From Harriotta raleighana (taxonomy: Eukaryota): a DNA stretch of 64,000 nucleotides. Location of the stretch: contig JBNZDD010013714.1 of the NCBI GenBank assembly GCA_050575255.1, forward strand, positions 3,569,143 to 3,633,142, written 5' to 3'. Position numbers and translations under genes: made by a program. Numbering within the stretch: the stretch's first letter is position 1; every line of letters begins with the position of its first letter. This document shows positions 14,283 through 26,237 of this stretch, one piece after another. The notes under the pieces were generated by a model. It searched no databases and was not told the DNA's origin. It saw only the letters and a list, made by a program, of their open reading frames with translations.

Positions 14283-14306
14283 CTTATCAAGGTCATAGAG
14301 AAATCC
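14283..14306 (-). CDS. RIPOR1: RIPOR1 coding exon 4 (24-nt microexon)
   Basis: Long T-rich tract then tttcag|GGA TTT CTC TAT GAC CTT GAT AAG|gtgagt = GFLYDLDK. Confidence 0.93.
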
Positions 14307-15140
14307 CTGAAATAAAACAAATAAAAAAAGAGTCACAACAGACACCGCACATTTAACAAACATGGAACCAATTTTAAGAGAGTGGGTACCATGTGACTCC
14401 GTACAAAACAGGTGTAACTAACTCTGTGTGTACAATAACCAAATCCATTCCAGAGATTTCATGCAGTCAATGGTTTCTCCTTTGGTGAAGTCATTTGGCC
14501 TTGTCGGTTGGCCATGGAACAGAAATGTGGGGATGTGGAATTACTTTATCCAGTTCCCAATCAAACAGCTGCATTTTCCAAACAGAGGTCTCTGGAACAG
14601 CCGATTCGGATTGGGAAACCCTGGATGCCTTTCCCTCTATTTAACACAAAGGCGGAAAGATCATCTAAAGACGCAAATGTAGCCAGGGTGAGATCAGGTC
14701 TGGCCACGGAGATAAGGATTTGAGTTTGTGTTTTTTTTCTGGGCTCCATGCCTCACATCTACTGGATCAGTCACAGCAGAGGACTTTTGAGGGAGGTTCA
14801 ACTATGTTGAAGGCCGTGTAGGTTTTACTGGAGCTCTATTGTATATAAATAAGGGCATTTCAACCTGCTGCACTTTCTTTGCACCCCAATTTCCCTGACC
14901 ACCCCCACCCCCTCCAAATAAGCTTCATATGACTCGAAAAAACAGAAATCTGACAGCAATATTTGCCAATAGTTGGCATAGCATATTGTATCACACGGAG
15001 CTAATGGTTGTTAAAGCCTTGGTTACGCATTGTGCACAGCAACATCCGATATCCAGCTCCTTCCGCATTTCCCCAAACATTACTGGGTGTGTATCGCTGT
15101 TACACCAGCCAGCTTCAAAGAATTATTTCATGTTCCTTAC

Positions 15141-15219
15141 CAATCGGGAATTCCGTTTCATGTCCTTGAGCTGAGACGTGAGGCCGTCGAGCTCCATCTG
15201 ATGAACGTGCAGGTAGGCA
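15141..15219 (-). CDS. RIPOR1: RIPOR1 coding exon 3
   Basis: 79 nt, cag|T...TTG|gtaagg; AYLHVHQMELDGLTSQLKDMKRNSRL. Confidence 0.93.
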
Positions 15220-15930
15220 CTGTAAGGAACAGGGAGAGAGGAGTGTCATTGACCCAAACCATTGGCAACCATTGGTCAGCTCTCCCTCGTGGGTGCAGGT
15301 GTAGAAATGCAAATCCACCTCACAGAAACACAGACACACTGACAGAACCAGGTAACTTCGGGCAATCCAGATGCTATATAGTTTCCCCTCCTCCCACCCT
15401 CCCCAAAATTTGGTGTCTGATTATGAATTTGCCTTATCCGTTGGCCTTATCGATCCAGCTGACCTGTTGCTTTCACTAAAGGATTTAATCACGCATCAAA
15501 AAATTCCAATCACCTCAATGCTTTGCTATGCAGAGAAAAGAAACAAGTAAGACAGCAGCTGTAAAGTAATTCACTTTCCTATAGCTTTTCCAACAAACCG
15601 GACTGACTTTCCATCTCTTCACAAGGGATATTGCTAAATACGTTCCAATGTACATTCTTTCCTCCTGTACCCCATACCAGTCACATGTGTTCAATAAAAT
15701 GAAAATCGAATGCAGCAGCACCTATTGCACGTGAAATGCCCTGTACTGCTTGCTTTATAATTAGCCCTGGTAACTGAGCTCCAGACATAGATTTGAGCCT
15801 TGCTCGTTATTCAAGTTGACCTTGAAAAGAGGTGTCTTACAGTAGACTTTACAGAGGGAACCAAGAACTGGACAGCAAAAGTGAAACCAGAACAATACCC
15901 CAGATACCTAAAAGCAACAGGGCAAAAAGT

Positions 15931-16135
15931 CACAGGTTTAGCGTAGCGAAGGGCACTTTTAGGACGGATGTCACAAAGCGTTTCTTAACCCAGTGAATGG
16001 TAATTACTGGAATGGGTTACGAGGAAGAATGGGGCACTGGACTTAATAAAGAAACATCTTGATCCTGTAAGTGCGAAGTTGGAAGGGTTAGAATTCTGAA
16101 GGAATGAGATCAAATTGGCCTTCTTAATTCGGATC
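15931..16135 (+). mobile_element. CR1 LINE ORF2 C-terminal fragment, decayed
   Basis: Translates HRFSVAKGTFRTDVTKRFLTQ*MVI/WNGL, resembling the CR1 terminal motif F..D.RK.FFT.RVV..WN.L. Confidence 0.6.
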
Positions 16136-18234
16136 TTGTGGAAACGGTTCCAACGTATCAAGGAAGCAAAAAAAACACACCAACTGTCTTGCTCAGTCAC
16201 TGGAGTCCGTGCCAAGCTTATCTCCATCTATGGGCATCATTTGGAGAGAAGCCAAGGGGAGGATTTCAGATTAAAGGGAAACTGAAGCAGGCTGCATCGA
16301 GACATCAACTGGTATATATCTACATAAGTCGCAGGAATCTTGCCAGAAGATGCAACACAAGGACGGAAATAGCTCAGTAGATGAATGACTCATTTTTCTA
16401 TCTCACTCGGCTTTCTATTGGACTGCATTAGAATCCAGCAAATCCTTCCCCTCCAGGGTATTGGAAAGATGCATCAGTTTCAACAACAGAATGTAGCTGA
16501 ACCAAATGTTAGGAAGGACAGACAGCTGATATTCCACAGAATGGAACCAGGTCGATCAATTCACATTCGATTACGAGCACTGGGTAAAGAAGCTCTCTTG
16601 TGAAACATTGACTAAAGTATGTACACACATCAGGATTGAGATAATTAGATAATACAACACCAACTAAAATAACGACTCCTAAAAACTGGGAGGAAGAAGC
16701 TGAATGGACTCCTATTTATAGGAACTCAAAAGAATGCAAACACCAAGGGAGGCCATCTGGCTCCTCATATCTCTGATCTTCCCCAGTTCCTTCAGTATCT
16801 GTTCTTTCCCCACACCCTTTAAGGATATTATTCTTCACATATTTATTTGAATCCAATTCAGCCAAGATACTTTTTACTACGGTACTTTTCAAGCATGTTA
16901 TGTACATTGCGCTAATCTGCAGAATCTAACCATAATCCTTATATTTGATGTGGCTGCTTTCAAGAGGTCATCCCAAAGCGCTTCATAGGGTTTGCTGAAA
17001 AGTGTAGTGACTGTGAATTGAGTAAGAGAATGAGAAAACAGCACAATAAGTATTCTAGCAGGATAAGATCAAACGTCTGCTCCTTTTGAGTCCTGTGACT
17101 GCCTGCCACGCAAGAGGAGAGATGCTGGATTGGTGATGCAGAGAAGATGTCCTAACCAGAGCTTTTCAGCTCAGAGCCCTTCAATTTACACGGTTGGCAA
17201 TCTGGGTAGCAAATGCTTAGAGGGGGTTGGAACTGGGACAAAAGCGCTCATTAAAAAAACCTGAGCGCTCCACAAACAAAATGTTGCCAAGGACTTGGGC
17301 ATTGGAGTAGTCGGTCCTAATAGGGCATCATCCCTTCTTCAATGGATCATTTTCAAGGCAACAATCATGAAAACTCCAGGCAGGTGCTCACCGGTCACAA
17401 TCTTTGACCCCAAGACGATTATTCTGATGGCCCTAAGGGACAATCTAACCTTATAATGTGAGCAATGCCTTCACTTAACAGTGTCATCTACAGGCAGCTT
17501 TTCAAATCAACCTTAGCAGCATTACAGAGTGCTCACGGAATTTTTTGGGGGGTGGGGGGTGGATGTGGGGAGCAGAGACAGGACAGATGGGGTGAAAGAG
17601 AGGGCTGGCTGACCTGCTAGATTGCTAACACAATTGGCACAGAGAACTCGTGAGAATCAGCAAAGTGGGTTAAATCGCTGAGGTTGGCAGTTTTTATTTC
17701 TTCAGCAGGCCTGTCATGTCGGCTCAATTGACTGCCAGAATGTAGAATTCAGTACCTTTATCGAGGTCAGACAGTAAACAGGGAAATGCAAACCAGGTTC
17801 CAAAGAGCTTTGATGCAATCCAGAGAATTTGTTTGGTCTGGATTTTTGGAATGATCTCCAATAGCTCTGGCATGGAGTCTCTAATACCTCTGTCATGCCA
17901 GAGCTTGGGAAGCAAGTCTACACTGGCAATTCAGCCGGGGTATCTATATATATATATATCTATCTGTGTGTGTGTATGGAAGAGAATAAAAATCACCCAA
18001 TATCATCTCATTTGATATACTATCTTGCTGGGATCTGTGCAAATTAGGCACAAACCTTGGTTGTTTGGCCCCTTCCTAACCCAGATAGGAAGTCCTAACT
18101 TGAGGTGTCCAGCTCAGAGACCCTGCACCCAACCCCAGTTGAGATCAGCTATTTTACATGACCATCGATGAACACGATGAACACACAGCAGCTTGCACTG
18201 GTTTATCTCATTCTTGACAAACACAACTCCTTAC

Positions 18235-18387
18235 TTCAAACCCTTTTTCAAGGCTTCGTTGACCTCATCCAGCCGCTCGGGCTGAGGTGTCTTGGGCGGA
18301 GGCGACTTGTGGGAAATGGTGAACATTTTCCCAGCTCGGGATGTGCCCTTCCTCTGGGTGGTGGGAGTGCTGAACACCTTTAGGTTC
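18235..18387 (-). CDS. RIPOR1: RIPOR1 coding exon 2
   Basis: 153 nt, cag|G...AA|gtaagg; NLKVFSTPTTQRKGTSRAGKMFTISHKSPPPKTPQPERLDEVNEALKKGL. Confidence 0.93.
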
Positions 18388-19359
18388 CTGTCAAGAAACA
18401 ATTCACAACGTCAGCAAAGTAACAGTGGGAGAAACCCAGTCTCACACAACAACCAGTCTAACACACCGGCTGCCTTGGGACACCTTCCCAATATGAAAGG
18501 ACGCTACATACAAATGTCATTTATTTATTGTTTTTGACATCAAAGGAGCCATTCCAGACCAGCGGGGAAAAGACGCTTTCATTGCGAAGCTCGTAATTAT
18601 GTGGCTTGAAAGATTCTCTCAACAGAAAGGGCCCTCCATAAGGAGAGTCTCTCTTTTGCAGTCTTGCACCCATGTACAGAAATACAGGCCTACACATATA
18701 CGGTCACTACACTTTACAGTAAATACTGGGAAGCGCTTTAAAGAAGTCCCCCTGATGTGAAAGGCACCATCTCAAATGCATTTCTCTCCAAATCAATCCT
18801 GTTTCTGATTTGAGGTTATATCTGCCCTACCTGGAGATGGGAGAGAGAGGTTGCTATGCCGAGGCTCCATGGCTCGTGTTATAATAATAATAATGCTCAT
18901 TTTAGCGACATCTCAAAGCGCTTCACAGAATATACTGTAAAGTGAATTGACTGTATATTTGTGGGGCGATACATTCAAAGCTGATGTCACTTATTCAGGG
19001 AAAGTTTCAATACAATCAGAACCAGGCACACTAACTGTTTTTTTTAAAAGAGAAACAAGATCTTCATTTCACTTATGTGAAGAAAGCACTCCATGTAAAT
19101 AGGCATGTAGTAAAATGTCAACAGATGGGAAGTTTACCGAGCAAGCCAACACAGCTGAGCTGAACAAAGGCCACTCTATATACACAAATGCACTTGGTTT
19201 TATGCAAGTTAGCCACCAACTCGATGTGGGTCCGGAGCCAGAGATTCCAGGCCAATTTATAGCAGGCCTCGGAAGGATACTGCTTTCCACCAATGTTTAT
19301 CCTCATCCCATTTCAAGGCTTGAAAATGTCGAAACCCTTTTAATTCAGAAATTGAATGT

Positions 19360-19680
19360 GGAGCTCCTGTGGCTCAGTGGTTAGAGCACTCGCCTTACTC
19401 GCCTCACAGGTGAGACCTGTGTTCGAATCCAGGCAGATCAGGGCGAAACCTTGGGCAAGTTTCCTTACTCCACATGCCTAATAATAATCCCTCCAAAAAA
19501 ACCACAATAATAAAATTGGTCATTTCGATCCACGACTGTTTGTGGGTCACTGCTGTGCGCAATTGCCTGCCGCGTTCCGCCCACAAATATACAGTCAATT
19601 CACTTTACAGTATATTCTGTCTGGTACATTGATGAGATGTGAAAAGAGCTATATCAAATGCAAGGATTATTATTATTATT
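19360..19680 (+). mobile_element. SINE family A, full length
   Basis: ggagctcctgtggctcagtggttagagcac..gttcgaatccaggcagatcagggcgaaaccttgggcaagtttcc..atcaaatgcaaggattattattatt. Confidence 0.92.
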
Positions 19681-20948
19681 AAATTAAGACTGGAAAATAA
19701 GAGGTGACCCTCAGAAACCTCGCAAAATTGTTTTAGATTTAGACTAGAGATGGCTCGAGAACCAAGTGACCTGAGCAAGTGCTTATAAGTGTATATTTGT
19801 GGGCAAATTAGATTTATACAAAGAGGAAATAGGTACCAAGATACCCATGTCACGGGCACACCAGACAGTGCTTTTACTCACTCAGACAGCTATCAGAGGA
19901 ACCCAAAGTGTAGGAGCCTGGATCGACTGTGTATTAATTGTGTTTTCCAATGAGCTGATCACTGTCCAGCTGCATGTACAATGCTGAATGAGTAACAGTT
20001 TTCCAGCCAAGCAAGCTCAGTCCTTTCACAGGTCTGGTATGATGAGATCATTGGTTCTAAGACTAATCCACCCAACTCAATTACAGCCTTGAGAAAGTGG
20101 CGAACCAGTCATCACTCTTTGATGGGAGTCAAAGCGGCAGTTATTGACGAAACATCGCAAGTCACATCATTACTTCTAACAATCTGGATGCCACAGGTGA
20201 TTCATGCGTCGCCACAGCAGCCAAGCTGATTCACCAACTATTTCAACGTCGACATCTCTCTTTCTGTCTTTGCAAACGTTAGTACACGGACCACATTCAT
20301 TCAGCTACTCAAAATGAAAGTGGCTGCCTTAGCATGTCCCTGCTTCTGCAGTCTGTTTCACATGTTAGTCCTGCCCTGGGTTGCAGCCCTGCCTGAGTGA
20401 GGCTTCATTCATTTTATACTTGTTGCAAATACTTCTACATTTAGCTGTAAAGCGAGGGTGGTGCTTGGTGTGACAAAGGCCAGGAAGGAACCAGATTAGA
20501 TCAACTGTTTTGAGCCGAGTTAGCTCATTTCTTGCAAGATGCCAATCGGGGGGACAAAATATTGCAGTGTCTTGGCTGTAGGGATCCCTAATGGTCAGAA
20601 AAAATGAGTCAGATTGCTGACTCTTCTATGCCCCAATTACATGCAATATCAGTCTCTCAACTATTTATACCGCGACATCTAATCATAGGTTTATCTTTCC
20701 ATTTAAGATGTTAAGACATTAGAATTATCAGACCTGCCCAATTTCCGTTACCACGTAAGACTATATACAGCTTCTGTTCCAAATGTAGAGACCCAATGGA
20801 GGGAATTCTTTGGGAAAAAAATCAACAACTCAGGCACACACACAAAAAGCTGTTTATGCTGTACTAGCTCCTGGACAATTCTGTGAAACGCTTCAAGAAA
20901 TTCTGCTGACCTGAAAGGGATTACATGTGTAAAATTGTCACTGTTGTA

Positions 20949-21473
20949 ATAACAACAACAAAATGACATTTATAGAGCGCGTTTCAAGTCGAGAGGATGT
21001 CCCAAGGCGCTGAACAGTGAGGTCACGACACAGCCAAGGGAGAGGGGCAGGGTAGGGGGGAGGGGCAGAAGAGAGTTAGGAAGGGAAGGAAAGAGTTGGG
21101 AGGGTAGCAGAAGGCACGGTTGAAGAGGAGTGTCTTGAGACTGCCCTTGAAGGAGGCGAGGGAGGAAGCGAGGCAAAGGGACTAAGGGATGGAGTTCCAG
21201 AGTGTGGGGGCAAAGAGACTGAAAGCCCGCCCACCGATGGTAGGGTGGGTCGGGCGGGGGACATGGAGCAGGCCAGAGCCCGCTGAATGGAGCGGGTGGG
21301 GATTCGTAGGGGGACGACAGACCAGAGAAGTGGGGGGAGGGGAGGGGCAAAGCATGTGAATGGTCTTGAAAGTGAGGACGAAAATCTTGAATTTGATCCT
21401 CTAGGGGATGGGGAGCCAATGGAGCCGGGCGAGGGTGGGAGTGATGTGGTTGCAGAGCTTGGTGTGGTGTGAG
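20949..21473 (-). mobile_element. L2 LINE 3' fragment (ORF2 C-terminus, UTR, (TTG)n tail)
   Basis: Minus strand reads HITPTLARLHWLPIP*RIKFKIFVLTFK..LLHVPRPTHPTIGGRAFSLFAPTLWNSIP*SL..SFKGSLKTLLF, the canonical L2-clade C-terminus, with stops and frameshifts. Confidence 0.9.
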
Positions 21474-21688
21474 TGTTACACCAACTACATATCTGGCTTA
21501 GTGCGTGTGTGTGGGGGGGGGCGGAAATTGATCTTTAATATTCAGTGGGTTTTCCCCATGTGTACACATCACCAACATGAAAANGGGGGGGCGGAAATTG
21601 ATTTTTAATATTCAGTGGGTTTTCCCCATGTGTACACATCACCAACATGAAAATGATTTATCTTGTTTTGTATTGACACATCACTAAC

Positions 21689-21789
21689 CTGAACGATTTG
21701 TCTTGTGGCGTATTGATCCCAGCGAAAGACTGGCTCCTAGTAATCCCTGTGAAGAAGATGCGGCGAACTGGCCGTGCTGACAGGGACAT
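21689..21789 (-). CDS. RIPOR1: RIPOR1 ATG-containing exon (whole exon 21689-21815)
   Basis: Acceptor cag 21818-21816; ATG at 21789; MSLSARPVRRIFFTGITRSQSFAGINTPQDKSF(R); donor AG|gttagt, phase 2. Confidence 0.92.
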
Positions 21790-23586
21790 TGTGAACGGCG
21801 CCTTGGGTGGGATCCCTGTGAAAACCCAAAACAAAAGTCTCCAATGTTAAACCAACAAGAAAGAGAGAGAGAAAAAAATCACCAAATCCAGGCATGTCAG
21901 TCTCTCAACTACAGTTAAACTGAGACATCTTCCACACTGGTTTGAGTTTCCATTTAAGGTGGTCTTAACATTAGAATTATCAGACCTACCCAATTTTCCA
22001 TCATGTTTAAGAGAGAGACAGATAAACAGAGAGAGAAAGAGAGCCCTCCGCAGGAAAACACCTTCACATTTGCTGAGTGGTCTTTGTCCTTGTGATATTT
22101 AAGAGCACCACATCTTATAGCCTTCTTCCCACACTCAATTAATGTACGGGAGTGCTATTAGTAACCAGTTCTAGATGGCAAATTATCTCTTAATTCTCTG
22201 AAATGCACCTGCAGATCTTTTTTATAAAAAAAGACTAGTTCCGATGAAGAAGGCTCTTTCAACCAATTTTATTGCCCAATTCGGTTAATTCCAAACCTCT
22301 GGAACCTCAGTATCAAGATTTAATGGTAGAACAGGATTTGTCCTGTTGCTTATAACGACCTGATTGTGGTTGTAGAAGATTGCCGATTCATCACTGCTCT
22401 AACTCAAAACTATAGGCACCACAACAGCCTACTGTATGCTATCTATGTTGTGGTACAATGTTGTACAATCTCCTCTTGAATCAGACTTCAACCACAAACT
22501 GGGATGCAAATCTGCTTTGCTGATACAAAACAAAGGAGATAAAAGCACAAGGTAATCAATTCACTCGTATACTACTACAGGGAGAAAAACACCGGGGCAA
22601 TAGAGGTTTCCTCATTACCTTTGAACAACAACTTTTTACTGTGTTTTTCACACAAGAAACATCTCAAAAGTGCTGGAGCCCGAACGGTGAGTTTCATATC
22701 CAGACTGCAGTCTTTATAAAACCCATTCACTTGTTTAATTAGGAAACTCGGATCCACCACCTTTACACTCGGCCCTGTCACAGCAAAGGCACCATAAACA
22801 CACTCTAGGTGTTGAAAAAACAAACACGTTGCTTCATCAAACTAACAGGAAAGCTAATTTCAAAAAACCCACCTCGTCTATTCCAGCACTAGGAGTTTCT
22901 ATAAGAACAACAATCTTCTGCTCTTGAAACATGGAACAGGAAAACAATCTATAATTCTACTGTTAGATTGCAGGGGTGGGCTCCCTATAAAAATCAGGGA
23001 GTCATGGCGAATTATTTAACCTTCAGAGACTCGGTATCTATCTCTCCCCTCTGTGTTACAAGAAGCATTTCCAGACACTAGTACTTTGAGAAATGAAGAT
23101 CCCTCCCTCCCTTCCTTCCACCCCCAGCAGCATCACTATCTAAACCTACTGCCCATCTATCAACCCCGTCAGCACACAGCACTTACATTCACAATTCCCG
23201 AGACAATCAGTAACTGGCACTGGCAAGTTCCAAACCCCAATCGCCAACTTGTGTGTGGAGGTCATGCCCTTGTAACAACGCACCCACACATGGCATTTGT
23301 TGTCGTGCTCGGGCCACGTGGGGAGGTCAAACAGAGCCTCACACGAATCCTTCCAGCACTGAACAGCCTTTGTAGCTTTTTCAATAAAAGCCAACAACTT
23401 CATTCAAACCAACCCAACACAAAAGGCACTACTGCATATCGAAAGCAAGGATTATTATCATCAATTACCCACACCATCAATCGATTCCTCAAACCACTCA
23501 ATCAATCGATCTAATCCACCATTCCAGATAAATCATTTGACAGCCTATAAAACGTCTGAGTGAGAAAATAGCTTAAATTAAAAATA

Positions 23587-24181
23587 TAGTAAAAGCCCAT
23601 TTATCCGGCACCCACGGGATCTGGCCAGTGCCAGTTAAATGGCTTTTGGGTTGAAAGTGTTTTTTAATAAAAATTATTTGAAAACATACCATATTAATAA
23701 TCGACTAAAAAAAACATATTGTATGGGTATTTTATTGTAAATATTATACACTGTACCATATAAATAATAGAATAAATACAGAAATAACAGCTACTGTAAT
23801 AACAGAATATTGTATGGCTACTTTATTGTATATGTTAATATTATATATAAATAATAGACTAAATACATTAATAACAGATACTATAATAACAGAATATTGC
23901 ATTATTACTTTATTATTTATACTTAAGTTCTGCAATGGCTGCCATTGCCAAAACAAAACGGCAGCGCGACTTTTAAATAAAACGGCAGTAGAGCGACTTT
24001 AGGCTCGACTAGCTGCCAGCCAATATACCTATATAGTAATCGTGTGTGACAATCGATTCATTAAATGCACCATTGCTATTCTGCCGGATAACTTCCGGTT
24101 TATCGAATCGGGACTTTTTTTGAGATGCCGGTTCAATGGGTTTCCTGGTTCATCGAGTCACGGATAAATGGGCTTTTACTG
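23587..24181. mobile_element. Non-autonomous Tigger/pogo-type DNA transposon (MITE)
   Basis: Perfect 20-bp inverted repeat AGTAAAAGCCCATTTATCCG (23588-23607) / CGGATAAATGGGCTTTTACT (24161-24180); (C/T)AGT..ACTG ends; TA on the left flank; AT-rich non-coding interior. Confidence 0.85.
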
Positions 24182-25045
24182 AAAAAGGTTATTTTGCACT
24201 TTCCTGGTAAACACTCACATAACCTTGACACCAGGCAGGATACTTGCTTTCTTAACTGCAAACCTCTCTCCTGCACATAAACGCCCAATGGGCTTGAAAA
24301 TGGAGAATTCCGAACAAAAAACTATTTGTGTGACATTATGAAATCATTTCAAGTTTCAGTGAGAATGATTCTATTCCCCCACACAGACAGAGATGTGATT
24401 GGGGCTTTTGATTGCTGCTGACAAGGTACTGGGTACTGAGACACCTTAACCATTGGGAATAAAACGGGTATGTAAGTGTGTGAGAGAGGTTGTGTGAGTG
24501 TGTATGTCAGGGAGGTTGTGTGTGTAAGAATGTGTGAGTGTGTGAGAGAGAATGTGTGTGTTGTGTCAACAACAACATTACATTTGTAAAGCGTCTTTCA
24601 TGGTTGGAGGACGTAACGTAATTTTCTTGTTGTTGATACGTATATGGGAAAGAAGGGGGAAATGGAAGGAAGTTACACTGAACCTCTGCCCAGGTGGCTG
24701 ATTCCGTTGAAAATTCTGAAGCAAATGCTCACAGCACAGACCGGTTTCCAATGGTGTCCAAACTGGGCAAACAGCAGACTTATGCAATTGCACAGCATAC
24801 TGAGACCAGTGGCAGACACAAATACTGTACAAGCAAAAAAAATACTGTACAAGCAAAAAAAAAACCTGATGTAGGATTTATTCTGCCCCTGATCTCTGAA
24901 CTCCATCTTGNTTTTCCTCATTACCTTTGAACAACAACTTTTTACTGCGTTTTTCACACAAGAAACATCTCAAAAGTGCTGGAGCCCGAATGGTGAGTTT
25001 CATATCCAGACTGCAGTCTTTATAAAACCCATTCACTTGTTNATC

Positions 25046-25250
25046 TTGGAGTTCCTTCCGACTGGCTTTCTACCTCCCTTCCATCATTCAAGGCCTGTGT
25101 TCAAGATGTATCTCCTTGATTGCACTTTCGGTCATCTTTCCCCTCCTCAACCGCCCTCCACCTCCCCCTCCTCGGCTCCCACTCCCTATCCGTCAGGATC
25201 AAGTGCTTTGGGACATCTTCATGACATGAAAGGCGCTGTATAAATATAAA
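25046..25250 (+). mobile_element. L2 LINE 3' end fragment, older
   Basis: ctcccttccatcattcaaggcc..tcaagatgtatctccttga (SL.SFK..LK.YLF-like), C-rich UTR, gtgctttgggacatc..tgaaaggcgctgtataaat tail. Confidence 0.65.
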
Positions 25251-26237
25251 TTATTTTAGGCTGAACACGGAGCAAGCAGCTGTCAGCTGTACGAAAACTG
25301 GAGGGAAAAATGAGCTGCGTACAAGAGCAACGCCTCAAATAGAGAGACTGTGTGTGAGAAGCATGCAGCTCCGGGGGATTACAAAGAATGAAACATAGCT
25401 GAAATCAGGGCCGGAGAGAAACACAGGCAAGTAACATAGAAACAAAGAGACAGAGAGTGGCTGCTATTATAAAATAATTTCACAAAAACCCACTAAACAT
25501 ATGAATTAACTTTCACGTGGGTTTGAAAGCCCGGTACTGAATGCGAGAGTCTGCCTGAAAACCTGTTTCTTCGACAGTGCTTACGGCTCGGAGTCAGGCT
25601 CCGCTACTGTTAAGCGCTTCTGAGATGCGACCCAGTGTGGAGACCACTATGCACGTGCAAGTTGTTGTTGTTGTTGAGAGTTGCAAATGAGAAAAACCTC
25701 AATAATCTCGCCACCTCCTCCTATATCTGCCATAAACACAGTGTACAGTCAACCTCAGCACGCGTGATCCAATATTCTGAGGTTTATCCATCGTTTCAGA
25801 TATTAAGATGAACGACAGTCAGGGAGGGATAGTGAGAAAACTTGAGTGATTAGGCATTTTTCTATGTAACCAAGCTATTAGCAAGTTTCCCCTAAATCTG
25901 GCCACAAAGTGTTTTGTACCAGTCCTCGATCCAGCAACAATACACAATGCATTGGTTCTATATGGATGAAGGGAATCACCCATTAGGGTAAATTAAACAC
26001 AACAGAGAAGGATTACTTTGTGCATTAAATGCAAGTTAATGGACTTCGAACTTACAAACCTGGGCTTAATCATCTGACCTTCACCAGAATGATAGTCTAT
26101 AAAAATTACATCCGAGACAAATGGCCAAGTGGCAAATTCGTAAGTCAGAACAGGATGTACAAAGGGAGCCAGGGCAGGTAAACAGATTCTCTCCAGATAT
26201 TTTTTCCACTGACACAATGCCTTCAGGAGTGGGTTAC

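Larger units (their letters stand above)
1712..21815 (-). other. RIPOR1: RIPOR1 (FAM65A) gene, 5' coding part; 10 exons; 3' part lies beyond the left edge of the window
   Basis: Exon lengths 101(coding)+153+79+24+54+150+64+44+126+149 nt splice in frame with GT-AG sites. Peptide [96 protein letters not shown] matches the FAM65 N-terminal domain and, from memory, RIPOR1 better than RIPOR2/3. Confidence 0.93.

Noticed and set aside
14283-14306. 24-nt microexon as a novelty
   Set aside because: GFLYDLDK is a conserved part of RIPOR1 and, as I recall, the same small exon exists in other vertebrates.
19360-19435. tRNA-like sequences with A/B boxes and a TAC anticodon-like loop
   Set aside because: SINE heads: no proper acceptor stem, and always attached to the SINE body.
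21513-21653. Exact ~70-bp tandem duplication
   Set aside because: Joined at an N next to a poly-G run; artefact.
24911-25042. ~130-bp near-exact copy of 22607-22735
   Set aside because: Bounded by N on both sides and differs at two internal bases; most likely an allelic contig misplaced in the scaffold.
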